Translations under genes and position numbers: made by a program
DNA from: Minisyncoccota bacterium
Lineage (GTDB): Bacteria > Patescibacteriota > Minisyncoccia > Phycocordibacterales > Phycocordibacteraceae
Direction: 5' to 3'
Assembly: GCA_028695415.1 (NCBI GenBank)
Contig: JAQVIY010000001.1
Span: forward strand, 113,067-177,066
Length of the DNA: 64,000 nucleotides
Part shown: positions 27,742 to 38,385 of the stretch, one piece after another
Layout: every line of letters begins with the position of its first letter
How positions within the stretch are numbered: the first letter of the stretch is position 1
The notes under the pieces: generated by a model
The model's database searches: none
What the model was told of the DNA's origin: nothing
What the model saw: only the letters and a program-made list of their open reading frames with translations

Positions 27742-29097
27742 ATGGAACGAACAACGACGGTGATGCTCGGGGAGAACATTGGCAAGACGGTCTCGATCTC
27801 GGGCTCTGTGGACGTGCGTCGCGACCACGGCAAGCTTGTTTTCCTCGATATTCGCGACCGCTCAGGTAAGGTACAGGTCGTCTGTCTTCCCAATCATAGC
27901 GAGGTACTCACTCGAGCGCAGGAGCTCAAACCCGAATGGGTCGTCACCATCGAGGGTATCGTGAATGAACGCCCCGAGAAGATGCGCACTGAGGGAGTGA
28001 ACGGGAACCTCGAGCTCGAAGCGACAGCGATTACCGTCCTCGCGGAAGCGCAAGAATTACCGTTCGAGAAAGATACGGCAGTCAACCTCGACACGTATCT
28101 CGACTATCTGCCGCTTACGCTTCGCTCGGAGAAGGCGCGCGCGATATTCAGAGTGCAAGCGGAGATTACGAATGCCTATCGCAGCTTCCTCGACCTGCAG
28201 GGCTTCACTGAGTTTCAAGCGCCGAAACTCATCGGCGACGACGCTGAGGGCGGCGCGAACGTCTTCTCGGTACCGTATTTCAACGACAAGGTCGCACACC
28301 TCGGCACCTCGCCGCAATTCTATAAGCAGATCATGGTTGGCGTGCTTGAGTGCGTCTATGCGATCGGCAATGTCTATCGCGCCGAAAAACATTCCACCAC
28401 CCGTCACCTGAACGAGTACACCTCGATGGACCTTGAGATGGGATTCCTCAAAGACCATCGCGACCTGATGGCGCTTGAGACACGTCTTATGCACGCGATT
28501 ATCAAGCAGCTCGAGATGAACTGTGCAGGAGAATTCAAACTCCTTGGTGCAACACTCCCCATCACGCCTGAGACATTCCCGTCAATGAAGCTTCGCGAAG
28601 CACTTGAACTCATTTACAAAGAGACCGGTCGCGACAACCGCAACGAGCCCGACCTCGAGCCCGAAGACGAGCGTTGGCTCTCGGAGTGGGCGGCGCGCGA
28701 GAAGGGAAGCGACTTTATCTTCGTGACGCATTACCCGGTAGCGAAGCGTCCGATGTACACGATGGAGGACCCTGAAGACAAGGGATATACCAAAAGCTTC
28801 GACCTTCTCTTCCGCGGCGTTGAGATCACGACTGGCGGTCAGCGTCGTCACGAATATGACAACCTTATCGAAGGCATCAAGATGAAAGGCCTCGACCCGG
28901 AAAAGTTCTCCTATTATCTGCAGGCCTTCAAGTACGGTATGCCGCCGCACGGCGGATGGGGCATGGGTCTCGAACGTCTCACGCAGAAGTTCCTCAAGCT
29001 CGATAATGTGAAGGAGGCGACGCTTTTCCCGCGCGACATGAACCGCATCGATGTGCTCCTCTCAAGCTCTATCCCCGACGAAGCCGAGGAATCTTAG
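27742..29097 (+). CDS. aspS: Aspartate--tRNA(Asp/Asn) ligase, short archaeal/non-discriminating type
   Basis: RDHGKLVFLD.RDRSG, SPQFYKQ, YRAEKH.TTRHLNE, GMPPHGG.GMGLERL; no bacterial GAD insertion. Confidence 0.9.
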   Translation: MERTTTVMLGENIGKTVSISGSVDVRRDHGKLVFLDIRDRSGKVQVVCLPNHSEVLTRAQELKPEWVVTIEGIVNERPEKMRTEGVNGNLELEATAITVLAEAQELPFEKDTAVNLDTYLDYLPLTLRSEKARAIFRVQAEITNAYRSFLDLQGFTEFQAPKLIGDDAEGGANVFSVPYFNDKVAHLGTSPQFYKQIMVGVLECVYAIGNVYRAEKHSTTRHLNEYTSMDLEMGFLKDHRDLMALETRLMHAIIKQLEMNCAGEFKLLGATLPITPETFPSMKLREALELIYKETGRDNRNEPDLEPEDERWLSEWAAREKGSDFIFVTHYPVAKRPMYTMEDPEDKGYTKSFDLLFRGVEITTGGQRRHEYDNLIEGIKMKGLDPEKFSYYLQAFKYGMPPHGGWGMGLERLTQKFLKLDNVKEATLFPRDMNRIDVLLSSSIPDEAEES

Positions 29098-29098
29098 G

Positions 29099-29842
29099 AT
29101 GAATCCGACCCTGCCGAAGGTCAACTTCCATATCAAGACCGATTCGTATCAGGGTCCGTTCGAACTCGTGCTCGATCTTATTGAAGCGCGGAAGCTCCTC
29201 GTGAACGACCTCGCGCTTGCCTCTATCACCGAGGACTTCATCGCGCACGTGCGGGCGCAAACGACCTTCCCGGTCGAAGAGACCGCGAACTTCATCCAGA
29301 TAGCGGCGACCCTGCTTCTTATCAAATCAAAGTCGCTCATTCCCGACCTGACGTTTTCCGAAGAAGAGAACGCCGACGTCGAAGACTTGAAGCGCCGGCT
29401 TGCCGCATATGAGAAAGTGCGCGAGGCGTCGCGGGAGCTCGCACGCATCTACGGGCGGACCGTGATGGCAGCAGAAGGGGAGCGCATGCCCGAAGTGCTG
29501 TTCGCCCCTTCGCGCGACCTTTCGACCGACGCACTCGCCGAGGCGCTCGTGCGCGTACTCGCTGCACGCGAAGCGGTCGAAGAGCTCCCTGAAGCGCGCG
29601 TGAAGCCGCTTATCTCGATAGAAGAAGTGATGGACGATTTAGCGAGACGCGTGCAGAGTGCTCTGACGCTCTCGTTCAAGGACTTCGCCGGTGAGCAGAA
29701 AGAGAAAGTGGAGGTCATAGTCTCATTCCTTGCCCTTTTGGAATTGGTCAAACAAGGAGCGGTCGCTGCTGAACAATTCGATACTCACGGCGATATCCGT
29801 ATCAGCCACACTGCCGCCTCCGCCGTTCCGCGGTACGGGTAA
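29099..29842 (+). CDS. scpA: Segregation/condensation protein A
   Basis: YQGPFELVLDLI, AATLLLIKSKSLIP, FLALLELVK. Confidence 0.92.
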   Translation: MNPTLPKVNFHIKTDSYQGPFELVLDLIEARKLLVNDLALASITEDFIAHVRAQTTFPVEETANFIQIAATLLLIKSKSLIPDLTFSEEENADVEDLKRRLAAYEKVREASRELARIYGRTVMAAEGERMPEVLFAPSRDLSTDALAEALVRVLAAREAVEELPEARVKPLISIEEVMDDLARRVQSALTLSFKDFAGEQKEKVEVIVSFLALLELVKQGAVAAEQFDTHGDIRISHTAASAVPRYG

Positions 29843-29973
29843 TCCCGTTGCAAACTCTTCGAGTTGCAACGGGACACGTCTCCCCATAATCGGACGTGTT
29901 GTCCCCAGAAATACCGAACAAAGTGAGTATATTTCTGGAGGATCCCTGAGCGAAGCGAGAGGGACAAATCTCC
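29843..29973. repeat. Cluster of four REP-like hairpins
   Basis: Stems at 29843-74, 29874-99, 29905-38 and 29943-64; loops CGAACAAAGTGAG and TGAGCGAAGCGAG. Confidence 0.6.
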
Positions 29974-30010
29974 TTGTTTCTGTTGGCGTGTATAGGCTAT
30001 TATAAACATA

Positions 30011-30580
30011 ATGCTTACGCCCCCTGCCGCTCTTCACGCTCTTCTCTTCGCCTCCGGCGAACCAATGAGCAAACAGCAGCTCGCAAAGCTCTTGGACATA
30101 AAAGATTCTGAAGTCAATATGGTGCTCAAAGCGCTCACTGACTCGCTCAAAGGGAGCGGGGTGGTCGTCGTTGAAACCGAGACTGAGGTCGAGCTCCGTA
30201 CGGCGCCGGAAGCCTCGGCTCTCGTAAAGAAGCTCCGCGAGAGCGAGCTCTCGCGCGATCTCGGTAAGGCGTCGCTTGAGACGCTTGCGACTATCGCCTA
30301 TCAAGCGGGCTCGACACGCGGCGAGATAGACTGGGTGCGCGGAGTCAATTCTTCAGCCTCACTGCGCACGCTGCTTATGCGCGGACTCATCGAGGGCAGA
30401 GAAGACGAACGCGATAAACGTCGTATCCGTTATTCGCTTACTACCGAAGCGCTTGCCCACTTGGGTATCAGGAGTTCCGCCGACCTCCCGCGCGCCGAAG
30501 AGCTTATGGCGGGTGCGCACGCGGTCGTTGAAGAAGCGTCTCTAAACGCGGCCGCCGAACCACAAGAAGAAATTGCATAA
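30011..30580 (+). CDS. scpB: Segregation/condensation protein B
   Basis: ALLFASGEP, LETLATIAY, TRGEIDWVRGVNS. Confidence 0.93.
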   Translation: MLTPPAALHALLFASGEPMSKQQLAKLLDIKDSEVNMVLKALTDSLKGSGVVVVETETEVELRTAPEASALVKKLRESELSRDLGKASLETLATIAYQAGSTRGEIDWVRGVNSSASLRTLLMRGLIEGREDERDKRRIRYSLTTEALAHLGIRSSADLPRAEELMAGAHAVVEEASLNAAAEPQEEIA

Positions 30581-30583
30581 CGT

Positions 30584-31537
30584 ATGGATGCCGCTGAACT
30601 TCAAGAACTGGCGAAACGTACCCGCTCTACGCGCGAAACGGGCGTTGCGCTCGTCCTCGCGACCGGACTCCTCTCCCTTTTCCTTTTTGTACCACTCGCC
30701 TCACCGAGGCCGACGCTCGTACCAGAAACGGCAGCTCTTGCAGTCTCGACTACGCCGAACGCTTTCGCGCAGATAGCAATCGATGCGAAAGCCGCGATAG
30801 TATACGACCTCGCGACTGGTGAGACATTGTATACCAAGAACGCCGACACTCAGCTCCCGCTCGCCTCGCTTACGAAACTACTCACGGTCTATGCGGCACT
30901 CTCTGAACTCTCGCCGACCACTCCCGTCACCATCTCCGCCGACGCAACTCGCGTGGATTCTCCGCGCGCATTCAATGAGGGTCAAGTGTTCTCGCTCGCT
31001 GACATCGCGCGGCTGACGCTCACTGCCTCGCTCAACGACGGTGCGGTCGCTATCGCCGAAGCGACTGCCGCGCGGCAGAACGTCTCAGAGAGCGCGATGC
31101 TCGCCAGCGCTGCGGCGGCGCTCGGCCTCTCTCAAACCTATGCGGTAAATGGCAGCGGTCTCGATATCTCTGCCGCCGTCTCGGGCGGGTATGGTTCGGC
31201 GCGCGATCTCGCGCTTCTCGCTGGTGCATTGGTCAAACAAGCCCCTGCTATAGCGGAGGCGACAACCGCAAGCTCTGCACGTGCCATCTCAGAGGGCGGT
31301 ACGGTATTCCACGTAAAGAATACTGACCCTATGGTTGCGACCATACCCGGACTCCTGCTATCTAAGACTGGTTACACCGATCTCGCGGGCGGAAATCTCG
31401 CCATAGTCTTTGACGCGGGCATCAATCACCCTGTCGCGGTCGTCGTACTTGGGTCGTCACAGAAGGCTCGCTTCACCGACAGCACCGCGCTTATCGCAGC
31501 TTCTTTCGCGCATTTCGCAGGCGTTGAATCCCTCTGA
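30584..31537 (+). CDS. D-Ala-D-Ala carboxypeptidase (S11)
   Basis: ASLTK (SxxK), SLN (SxN), KTGYT. Confidence 0.9.
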   Translation: MDAAELQELAKRTRSTRETGVALVLATGLLSLFLFVPLASPRPTLVPETAALAVSTTPNAFAQIAIDAKAAIVYDLATGETLYTKNADTQLPLASLTKLLTVYAALSELSPTTPVTISADATRVDSPRAFNEGQVFSLADIARLTLTASLNDGAVAIAEATAARQNVSESAMLASAAAALGLSQTYAVNGSGLDISAAVSGGYGSARDLALLAGALVKQAPAIAEATTASSARAISEGGTVFHVKNTDPMVATIPGLLLSKTGYTDLAGGNLAIVFDAGINHPVAVVVLGSSQKARFTDSTALIAASFAHFAGVESL

Positions 31538-31539
31538 TT

Positions 31540-32619
31540 ATGCTGACTTCTAGCATCATAAAGGTGTTTATTCCCGCTACGGCATCATTCGCCATCGGTA
31601 TCCTCTTCGCCCCTCTCCTCACGCACTGCCTCTACAAGCATAAGGTATGGAAGAAGTCGGTGGGGAAGACTGCGCTCGACGGTACTCCGGCAGTCGAATT
31701 CGAAAAAATTCGCACCACCGCTCATGCTGGCACCGAGACCTCGACCCCGCGCATGGGCGGCATCCTCATTTGGGTAACGGCGACCTTTGTGACCGTCGGC
31801 ATCTGGGTACTCGCGCGGCTCGTACCAGGTCCTTTTTTCGAGAAGCTCGATTTTCTCAGTCGGAGCCAGACCTGGATACCTCTTTTCGCGCTTCTCGCCG
31901 GCGCATTCGTCGGTTTCGTGAACGATCTCCTGGACATCCTTCCTTCCGGAGAACGCGGTCTTGGTCTCCGCACCCGCCTTCTTTTCGTTACGCTCGTCTC
32001 GACCTTTATCGGTTGGTGGTTCTACGCAAAGCTCGGTGTTGATGCTATCGGTATTCCGGGCGATGGCACATTCACGATAGGTGCGCTTATCGTCCCGCTC
32101 TTTGTCTTTACGACGCTCGTGCTTTACGCGGGAGGCGTTATCGACGGTATTGACGGGCTCGCAGGAGGAGTATTCAGCACCGCCTTCATGGCGTACGCCG
32201 GCATTGCCTATTTCCAAAATCAGATAAATCTCGCGGCATTTTCGGCGACTCTTATCGGTGCGCTACTCGCGTTTCTTTGGTTCAACATACCGCCCGCACG
32301 GTTCTGGATGACCGAGACCGGCACGATGGGGCTTACGATGACGCTCGCCGTCATTGCCTTTATGACCGATACGCCCGGGAACGGCTATGGCGTCGCGGCG
32401 CTTCCCATCATCGCATTCCCACTCATCATCACGGTCGCCTCGAACATCATTCAAGTCATCTCAAAGAAGCTGCGCGGGAAGAAAGTGTTCCGTATCGCTC
32501 CTCTGCATCACCACTTTGAAGCCATCGGCTGGCCTTCATACAAAGTTACAATGCGCTACTGGATAATCTCGATCGTCTGCGCCATCGTCGGTATGATCGT
32601 GGCGCTCTTGAAGACATGA
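31540..32619 (+). CDS. mraY: Phospho-N-acetylmuramoyl-pentapeptide transferase
   Basis: TPRMGG, DGIDGLAGG, FN.PPA, APLHHHFE. Confidence 0.94.
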   Translation: MLTSSIIKVFIPATASFAIGILFAPLLTHCLYKHKVWKKSVGKTALDGTPAVEFEKIRTTAHAGTETSTPRMGGILIWVTATFVTVGIWVLARLVPGPFFEKLDFLSRSQTWIPLFALLAGAFVGFVNDLLDILPSGERGLGLRTRLLFVTLVSTFIGWWFYAKLGVDAIGIPGDGTFTIGALIVPLFVFTTLVLYAGGVIDGIDGLAGGVFSTAFMAYAGIAYFQNQINLAAFSATLIGALLAFLWFNIPPARFWMTETGTMGLTMTLAVIAFMTDTPGNGYGVAALPIIAFPLIITVASNIIQVISKKLRGKKVFRIAPLHHHFEAIGWPSYKVTMRYWIISIVCAIVGMIVALLKT

Positions 32620-33713
32620 AGTTTGTCGCTGGCGATCGGGTGTTCTTCATGCTGGTGCTTGCCATCGTACTCACCGGCCTTGCCATCTTTTCTTCCGCCG
32701 CGCTCGGACTTCTTGCGCGCGAATCGAGCTCCGTATCAAAAGACATACTGCTTCAGCTGGGACTCGGAATAGGGCTCGGGTTCCTCGCGCTCGTTGTCGC
32801 GCGTGCTGTCCCGCTCGCGCAGATACGGCGATTCGCTCCGTATATCTACGGCGCGACTCTCGTCTTCACCGCGCTCGTGTTCGTTCCGGGCATCGGACTC
32901 CATGCCAACGGCGCAACACGCTGGATAGACCTCGGCTTTACGACCGTACAGCCGGCCGAGTTCTTAAAGATAGGTTTTGTGCTCGTACTCGCGTGGTGGC
33001 TCACCCCCCGAGCTCGGCAACTCTCTGACCTGAAGAAAGGTTTGTTACCTTTTACCTTTATACTTCTCCTGCCTGCCATTCTCCTCTTGGCTCAGCCGAA
33101 TACCTCGACGACCATGCTTATCATCGCCACCGGCGGCGTAATGTACTTCGGTGCAGGCGCGCCGTGGCGCGACTTTGGCATACTGTTCCTTTGCGCGATC
33201 GTCGCGCTCAGCGCGATTATCATCGTACGACCGTATGCGCTTGAACGAATAAAGACGTTCATCGACCCTTCTGCAAACTCGCTCTCAAGCGGATATCAGA
33301 TACAACAATCACTCATCGCTATCGGGAGTGGCGGATTCCTTGGTCGCGGGTTCGGACAGAGTGTAGAGAAGTTCAATTATCTGCCGGAGCCCGATGGCGA
33401 CTCGGTCTTCGCTGTCTTCGCTGAAGAGACCGGGTTCCTTGGAGCGAGCTTTCTCCTTATTCTCTTCGTCGCACTTGCGGCGCGCGGTATCGCGATAGCG
33501 GGAAACTCAAAAGACTTTTTCGGCGGCCTCGTCGCGCTCGGATTCTCATTCCTCATCATCTTTCAGGCGTTCATCAATATCTGCGCGATGCTCGGCATCA
33601 TCCCGCTCACCGGCCTGCCGCTTCCATTCGTCTCTCACGGCGGTACCGCACTTATGGCAACCCTTCTTATGTGCGGCCTTATTTTGAACGTCGCCGCACA
33701 TAAGAAGGCGTAG
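32616..33713 (+). CDS. ftsW: SEDS peptidoglycan polymerase FtsW
   Basis: GATRW, QPAEFLK, YQIQQSLIAIGSGG, LPLPFVSHGG; lies between mraY and murG. Confidence 0.88.
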   Translation: MKFVAGDRVFFMLVLAIVLTGLAIFSSAALGLLARESSSVSKDILLQLGLGIGLGFLALVVARAVPLAQIRRFAPYIYGATLVFTALVFVPGIGLHANGATRWIDLGFTTVQPAEFLKIGFVLVLAWWLTPRARQLSDLKKGLLPFTFILLLPAILLLAQPNTSTTMLIIATGGVMYFGAGAPWRDFGILFLCAIVALSAIIIVRPYALERIKTFIDPSANSLSSGYQIQQSLIAIGSGGFLGRGFGQSVEKFNYLPEPDGDSVFAVFAEETGFLGASFLLILFVALAARGIAIAGNSKDFFGGLVALGFSFLIIFQAFINICAMLGIIPLTGLPLPFVSHGGTALMATLLMCGLILNVAAHKKA

Positions 33714-33725
33714 TATACTTCTCGT

Positions 33726-34865
33726 ATGACCATCGCGTTTACGGGAGGGGGGACCGGCGGGCACTTTTACCCCATTATCGCCATTGCCGAGGCGCTGCAG
33801 GATCTCGTGCGCGAGAAGCGGCTCGTCGAACCCAAGCTCTACTATCTCGCCCCGAGCACGTTCGACGAGAAGGCGCTTTTCGAGAACAGCATCATCTATC
33901 TCTACGTTCCGGCAGGGAAGATGCGCCGATACGCGTCATTCCTCAATGTCACCGATTCATTCGTTACGTTCTTCGGCGTCATATCGGCGCTCGTTACGCT
34001 TTTCCGTCTCTATCCCGATGTCGTCGTAAGCAAGGGCGGGTACGGCAGCGTGCCCACCGTCATCGCCGCGCGCATACTGCGTATTCCTATCATCATCCAT
34101 GAATCAGATGCGAAACCGGGCCGTGCAAACTTGCTCGCCGCAAAGTTTGCAACGAAGATAGCTATATCGTTTGAAAGCGCGGCGGCATTCTTCCCGAAGA
34201 AGGCGCAAAGCAAGATTGCGCGCACCGGTATCCCTATCCGTAAGGCGCTTATGCGCACTGAGCTCGAAGGCGCTCGTCAGTACCTCGGGCTCGAGAAGGA
34301 TATCCCGACCATTTTCATCATCGGCGGCTCTCAGGGCGCGGTGAAAATAAACGAGACCGTCCTCTCCGCACTGCCCGAACTCGTCGCTCGTGCGAACGTC
34401 ATACATCAGACCGGTCAAGCGAATATCTCGAACGTCGAGGCGGTGGCAAAGGTCGTACTCGCAAAATCTCCGAACGCCGACCGATACCATCCCATCAATT
34501 ATCTCAATGAGATGTCGCTTCAGCGCGCCGCAGGTGTCGCTGACCTTATCATTTCGCGCGCGGGCGCGGGCAGCATCGCCGAGATAGGTCTCTGGAAGAA
34601 ACCCGCCATACTTATACCGATACCCGAATCTATAAGCCACGACCAGCGCACCAACGCCTACAGCTACGCGCGGACGGGCGCGGCAGTCGTGCTTGAAGAA
34701 GAGAACCTTGCGCCGCACCTGCTCGTGTCTGAAGTGAAGCGCATCTTGGGCGACCCTGAGCTCGCGAAACGCATGGGCGCCTCCGCCGCCGGCTTCACCG
34801 ACCCCGATGCCGCACGCGTTCTCGCAAACGAGGTGCTCAGCATCGCGCTCAGCCACGAATCGTAA
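33726..34865 (+). CDS. murG: MurG glycosyltransferase
   Basis: GGGTGGH, GGSQGA, SRAGA, HDQ..NA. Confidence 0.96.
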   Translation: MTIAFTGGGTGGHFYPIIAIAEALQDLVREKRLVEPKLYYLAPSTFDEKALFENSIIYLYVPAGKMRRYASFLNVTDSFVTFFGVISALVTLFRLYPDVVVSKGGYGSVPTVIAARILRIPIIIHESDAKPGRANLLAAKFATKIAISFESAAAFFPKKAQSKIARTGIPIRKALMRTELEGARQYLGLEKDIPTIFIIGGSQGAVKINETVLSALPELVARANVIHQTGQANISNVEAVAKVVLAKSPNADRYHPINYLNEMSLQRAAGVADLIISRAGAGSIAEIGLWKKPAILIPIPESISHDQRTNAYSYARTGAAVVLEEENLAPHLLVSEVKRILGDPELAKRMGASAAGFTDPDAARVLANEVLSIALSHES

Positions 34866-34867
34866 CC

Positions 34868-36208
34868 ATGGCCATCGTCACGCGTTTCGCCCCCTCACCG
34901 ACCGGCTATCTCCACGCCGGCAATTATCGTACCGCGGTATTCGCCTATCTCTTTGCGAAACATTCGGGAGGAAGATTCATCGTACGCATAGAAGATACTG
35001 ACGTTGCGCGGAGCAAGCCGGAATACGAAGCGAATATCTTCGAAGCACTTGCCTGGCTCAATCTTCCGGTAGATGAACGTTATCGCCAAAGCGAGCATCG
35101 ACCACGCCATCGCGAACTCCTCGAGAAACTCGTTGCTCTTGGTGCCGCCTACGTGTCTAAAGAAACGCCCGAGAAAGAAGGGGATAGGGAAGAGGTCATC
35201 CGCTTCAGGAACCCCGGCGGAGCAATCACCTTCACCGATATCATCCGCGGCGACATAACGACTGACGTCAATGACCTTGGCGACTTTATTATTGCACGCT
35301 CCTATGATGAGCCGGTCTTTCACTTTGCGGTTGCGGTTGACGACTCAGACGAGGAGGTTACGCACGTCATCCGCGGAGCCGATCATATCTCGAATACCGC
35401 ACGCCAATTGCTTATTCAGCGCGCGCTCGGCTTCCCGACGCCTCTCTATGCGCACTTGCCGCTCATCATGGACAGCTCGCACAAGAAGCTCTCGAAGCGT
35501 TCTGGTGCGAAAGCGCTTACCGAATACCGCGACCTGGGTGTCCTCCCTGAAGCGCTTCTCAACTACCTCTCGTTTCTCGGGTGGAATCCCGGCGACGAGC
35601 GTGAGTATCTTTCAAAAGAAGAGTTGATCGAAGCCTTCGATCTCGTACGCGTGCAAAAGGGGAGTGCGGTCTTCGACGAAGTGAAGCTCTTCTCGGTCAA
35701 TCAGCACTGGATGCGCACGCTCTCTGATGACGAATTCTTCTCGCGCTTGAGCGGACATCTCCCGCCGAACGGCTTTACTCCCGAGAAAATACGAAAAGCC
35801 ATTCCGCTTCTCAAGGAGCGCGCACAGACCTTTGAAGAGGCGCGCGAACTCCTTACTGGCGAACTTTCCTGTCTCTTTGAAGCACCCGAACCGGAGCGGG
35901 AGCGGCTTATCGCTAAAGAGCTCCCCGACTGCCCAGAGATGACTATATCGGCTCTCCAGTGCCTCCTGGGAGCCCTAAAAGCTGTCCCAGAGGGCGCTTC
36001 TGCCGAGGCAGCAAAAGAGGCGCTGATGCCGCTTGCGGACGCCGAGGAGGCAAAACAGAAAGGGGGCAGAGGAGCGGTCCTCTGGCCTCTGCGCTACGCC
36101 CTCTCCGGACAAGATCGTTCTCCTGACCCTTTCACGCTCATCTCGATATTGGGGACCAGCGAATCGCTCGCACGCATAGAAAAGGCTCTTGCTATACTGA
36201 ACAAATGA
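34868..36208 (+). CDS. gltX: Glutamate--tRNA ligase
   Basis: RFAPSPTGYLHAG, RIEDTD, KLSKR. Confidence 0.95.
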   Translation: MAIVTRFAPSPTGYLHAGNYRTAVFAYLFAKHSGGRFIVRIEDTDVARSKPEYEANIFEALAWLNLPVDERYRQSEHRPRHRELLEKLVALGAAYVSKETPEKEGDREEVIRFRNPGGAITFTDIIRGDITTDVNDLGDFIIARSYDEPVFHFAVAVDDSDEEVTHVIRGADHISNTARQLLIQRALGFPTPLYAHLPLIMDSSHKKLSKRSGAKALTEYRDLGVLPEALLNYLSFLGWNPGDEREYLSKEELIEAFDLVRVQKGSAVFDEVKLFSVNQHWMRTLSDDEFFSRLSGHLPPNGFTPEKIRKAIPLLKERAQTFEEARELLTGELSCLFEAPEPERERLIAKELPDCPEMTISALQCLLGALKAVPEGASAEAAKEALMPLADAEEAKQKGGRGAVLWPLRYALSGQDRSPDPFTLISILGTSESLARIEKALAILNK

Positions 36209-37536
36209 GTCGGCCACGTTCTGTATTTTTATTTTCGCTGTTCGCTGTCTTCCTTTTTCCTGGTGTCTCATACGCACAAACGGCTGATTCCCTGCAAGCC
36301 CAGATAAACGCGAACAATGTTCAGCTTGATGCCATCAAGGCAGATATCGCCGCCTATCAGAAACAGCTCGATGCGCTTGGCGAGAAGAAGAACACACTTC
36401 AATCAACCGTTAGTTCGCTTACCATCTCACAGAAACAGCTCGCCTCGCAGATACAGCTCACGCAGAGCCAGATAGCTTCGGCGAACCTGCAAATACGGCA
36501 ACTGACGAACTCTATCGGCGACAAGGAGGCTTCCATATCCTCTGATCAGGCGGCTATCTCGAAGGCGCTTCGTGTCGTGGCGGCGGGCGAAGAGCGGCCG
36601 CTTATCACGAGCCTCATATCCTCGGGCTCTCTCGGGGAAGCGTGGCGTCTCGCCGATCAGATGACGCAATTCAATCAGGCTCTCGCAGACAATATCAGCC
36701 ACCTGCGTATCGCGCGGACTCAGCTCACGACAAACCGCGATGCGGTGACGAAAGCGAAAGCAGATCTCGTCGCGCTTCAGAATCAGCTCACGGTGCAGAA
36801 GCGCTCCGTCGATGCAAGTAAGAATGCGCAAACGCAGCTCTTGGCACAGACGAAGAATCAGGAGGCGAACTACCAGAAGCTCCTCGCGCAGAAACAGGCG
36901 GCGGAAAAAGACTTTGAACAGGAGCTTCTCAATCTCCAAGGGCAGCTCAATCTCGTCGTGCATCCGAACCTTCTCCCGAAGGTCGGCTCGGGCGTACTCG
37001 TGTGGCCTATGAGCAATGCCTTTATGTTCAACTGTGCGGCACGCAAAAACGTGTTCGGAAATATCTTCTGCATCACGCAGTACTTCGGCACGACCGCATT
37101 CTCAACCGCCAATGCGCAGGTCTATAATGGTCATGGCCATAATGCCATAGACATAGGCGCACCTATCGGCACGCCGCTCTATGCGGCACTCGACGGCACC
37201 GTGCTCGCGACCGGTAACACCGACCTCGTGCGCGGCTGTTACTCGTTCGGCAAGTGGGTGATGATCACGCACGGCAACGGCCTCTCGACGCTCTATGCGC
37301 ACCTCTCTGAAATAGATGTAGCGAAAGGGCAGTGGGTGAGTACGAAACAGCTCATAGGCCTCTCCGGCATGACTGGGTATGCGACCGGCCCGCATCTCCA
37401 CTTTGGCGTATACGCGACCGAGGGTACGCAGATAATGACCTTGAAGCAATTCCGCAGTACGAACACTTCCTGTGCGAACGCGACGATGCCGGTCGCGACG
37501 CTCTCCGCATACCTGAATCCGTTGTCGTACCTCTGA
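36205..37536 (+). CDS. Secreted coiled-coil plus M23 peptidase (EnvC/CwlO-like)
   Basis: Signal peptide, long coiled coil, HNAID, YAHL, TGPHLHF. Confidence 0.9.
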   Translation: MSRPRSVFLFSLFAVFLFPGVSYAQTADSLQAQINANNVQLDAIKADIAAYQKQLDALGEKKNTLQSTVSSLTISQKQLASQIQLTQSQIASANLQIRQLTNSIGDKEASISSDQAAISKALRVVAAGEERPLITSLISSGSLGEAWRLADQMTQFNQALADNISHLRIARTQLTTNRDAVTKAKADLVALQNQLTVQKRSVDASKNAQTQLLAQTKNQEANYQKLLAQKQAAEKDFEQELLNLQGQLNLVVHPNLLPKVGSGVLVWPMSNAFMFNCAARKNVFGNIFCITQYFGTTAFSTANAQVYNGHGHNAIDIGAPIGTPLYAALDGTVLATGNTDLVRGCYSFGKWVMITHGNGLSTLYAHLSEIDVAKGQWVSTKQLIGLSGMTGYATGPHLHFGVYATEGTQIMTLKQFRSTNTSCANATMPVATLSAYLNPLSYL

Positions 37537-37600
37537 TCTCTCTACCCGAATCTCGGCTAGACGTGTTCACGAGGGGAGGGGAGGTATATACTACCTATGT

Positions 37601-37783
37601 ATGGGTATCACCCTTCGAACCATCTTCTGGGCTCTCGTTCTTCTCCTCGCCCTGTCATTCTTTGGCATCTCTCTGCAAGCTATAGTGAACTCTCCTGTGG
37701 GCCAAGCAAATATTCATTACGTGAGCGGCCTCCTCTCCGATCTCTGGCTGTGGTGCACCGCGTGGATGAGGCCCCTAATCTAG
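37601..37783 (+). CDS. Small membrane protein
   Basis: 60 aa with hydrophobic N-terminus; TATACT just upstream. Confidence 0.6.
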   Translation: MGITLRTIFWALVLLLALSFFGISLQAIVNSPVGQANIHYVSGLLSDLWLWCTAWMRPLI

Positions 37784-37840
37784 TTCTAACTGGGATATGT
37801 GCGCAAAAGATATAATGTGCGCACTTCATACGTCTTAGTC

Positions 37841-38320
37841 CTAGATTCTCCCCTTTCGTTTAATACGGTCTGACTGTGCTTTTATATCAGATAACTTTTG
37901 CTCCAAATCTTTATCGAGCGGGCGGCTTTTTCCTGTTATTTCTTTTTGTCTGTGAGCATAGAGCAGTTTTACTGCTTGGCTCCATAACTCAAAGTCTTTC
38001 GCTTTTGTACCAAACAGGTGATTTTTCTCAAAGAAGGGGACTATAACGTCATGCAGCTCGGATGTGTTCTGGACAGAATAACGAACCTGATCCCCTGCTC
38101 TTTTGAAAGATATATTACCTACACTAAATTTGTCTCTAATGAGTTCGAGAAGTCCGGCATCTGATGGATGCAACACAATTGCAAATTCAGTTTTCCAATA
38201 ATGATACTCATACAGTATATTTCCATCATCGTCATATCTTTTATCTGCTCGATAGTTCAGAGCAAAACATCCTTCGCCATCAACAAAACCAGCGACGTAG
38301 CTGTCGTCGAGACCTTTCAT
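37841..38320 (-). CDS. Single-motif LAGLIDADG homing endonuclease-like protein, free-standing
   Basis: YVAGFVDGEGCF, IVPFFEKN.L.G.K..DFELW; AT-rich. Confidence 0.88.
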   Translation of the reverse strand: MKGLDDSYVAGFVDGEGCFALNYRADKRYDDDGNILYEYHYWKTEFAIVLHPSDAGLLELIRDKFSVGNISFKRAGDQVRYSVQNTSELHDVIVPFFEKNHLFGTKAKDFELWSQAVKLLYAHRQKEITGKSRPLDKDLEQKLSDIKAQSDRIKRKGRI

Positions 38321-38385
38321 CTCTTTATTCTAACATTTTGTTGCTAATCCTTTGTGCAAATTGGGTGACCCTGTTGATAAGAAAG

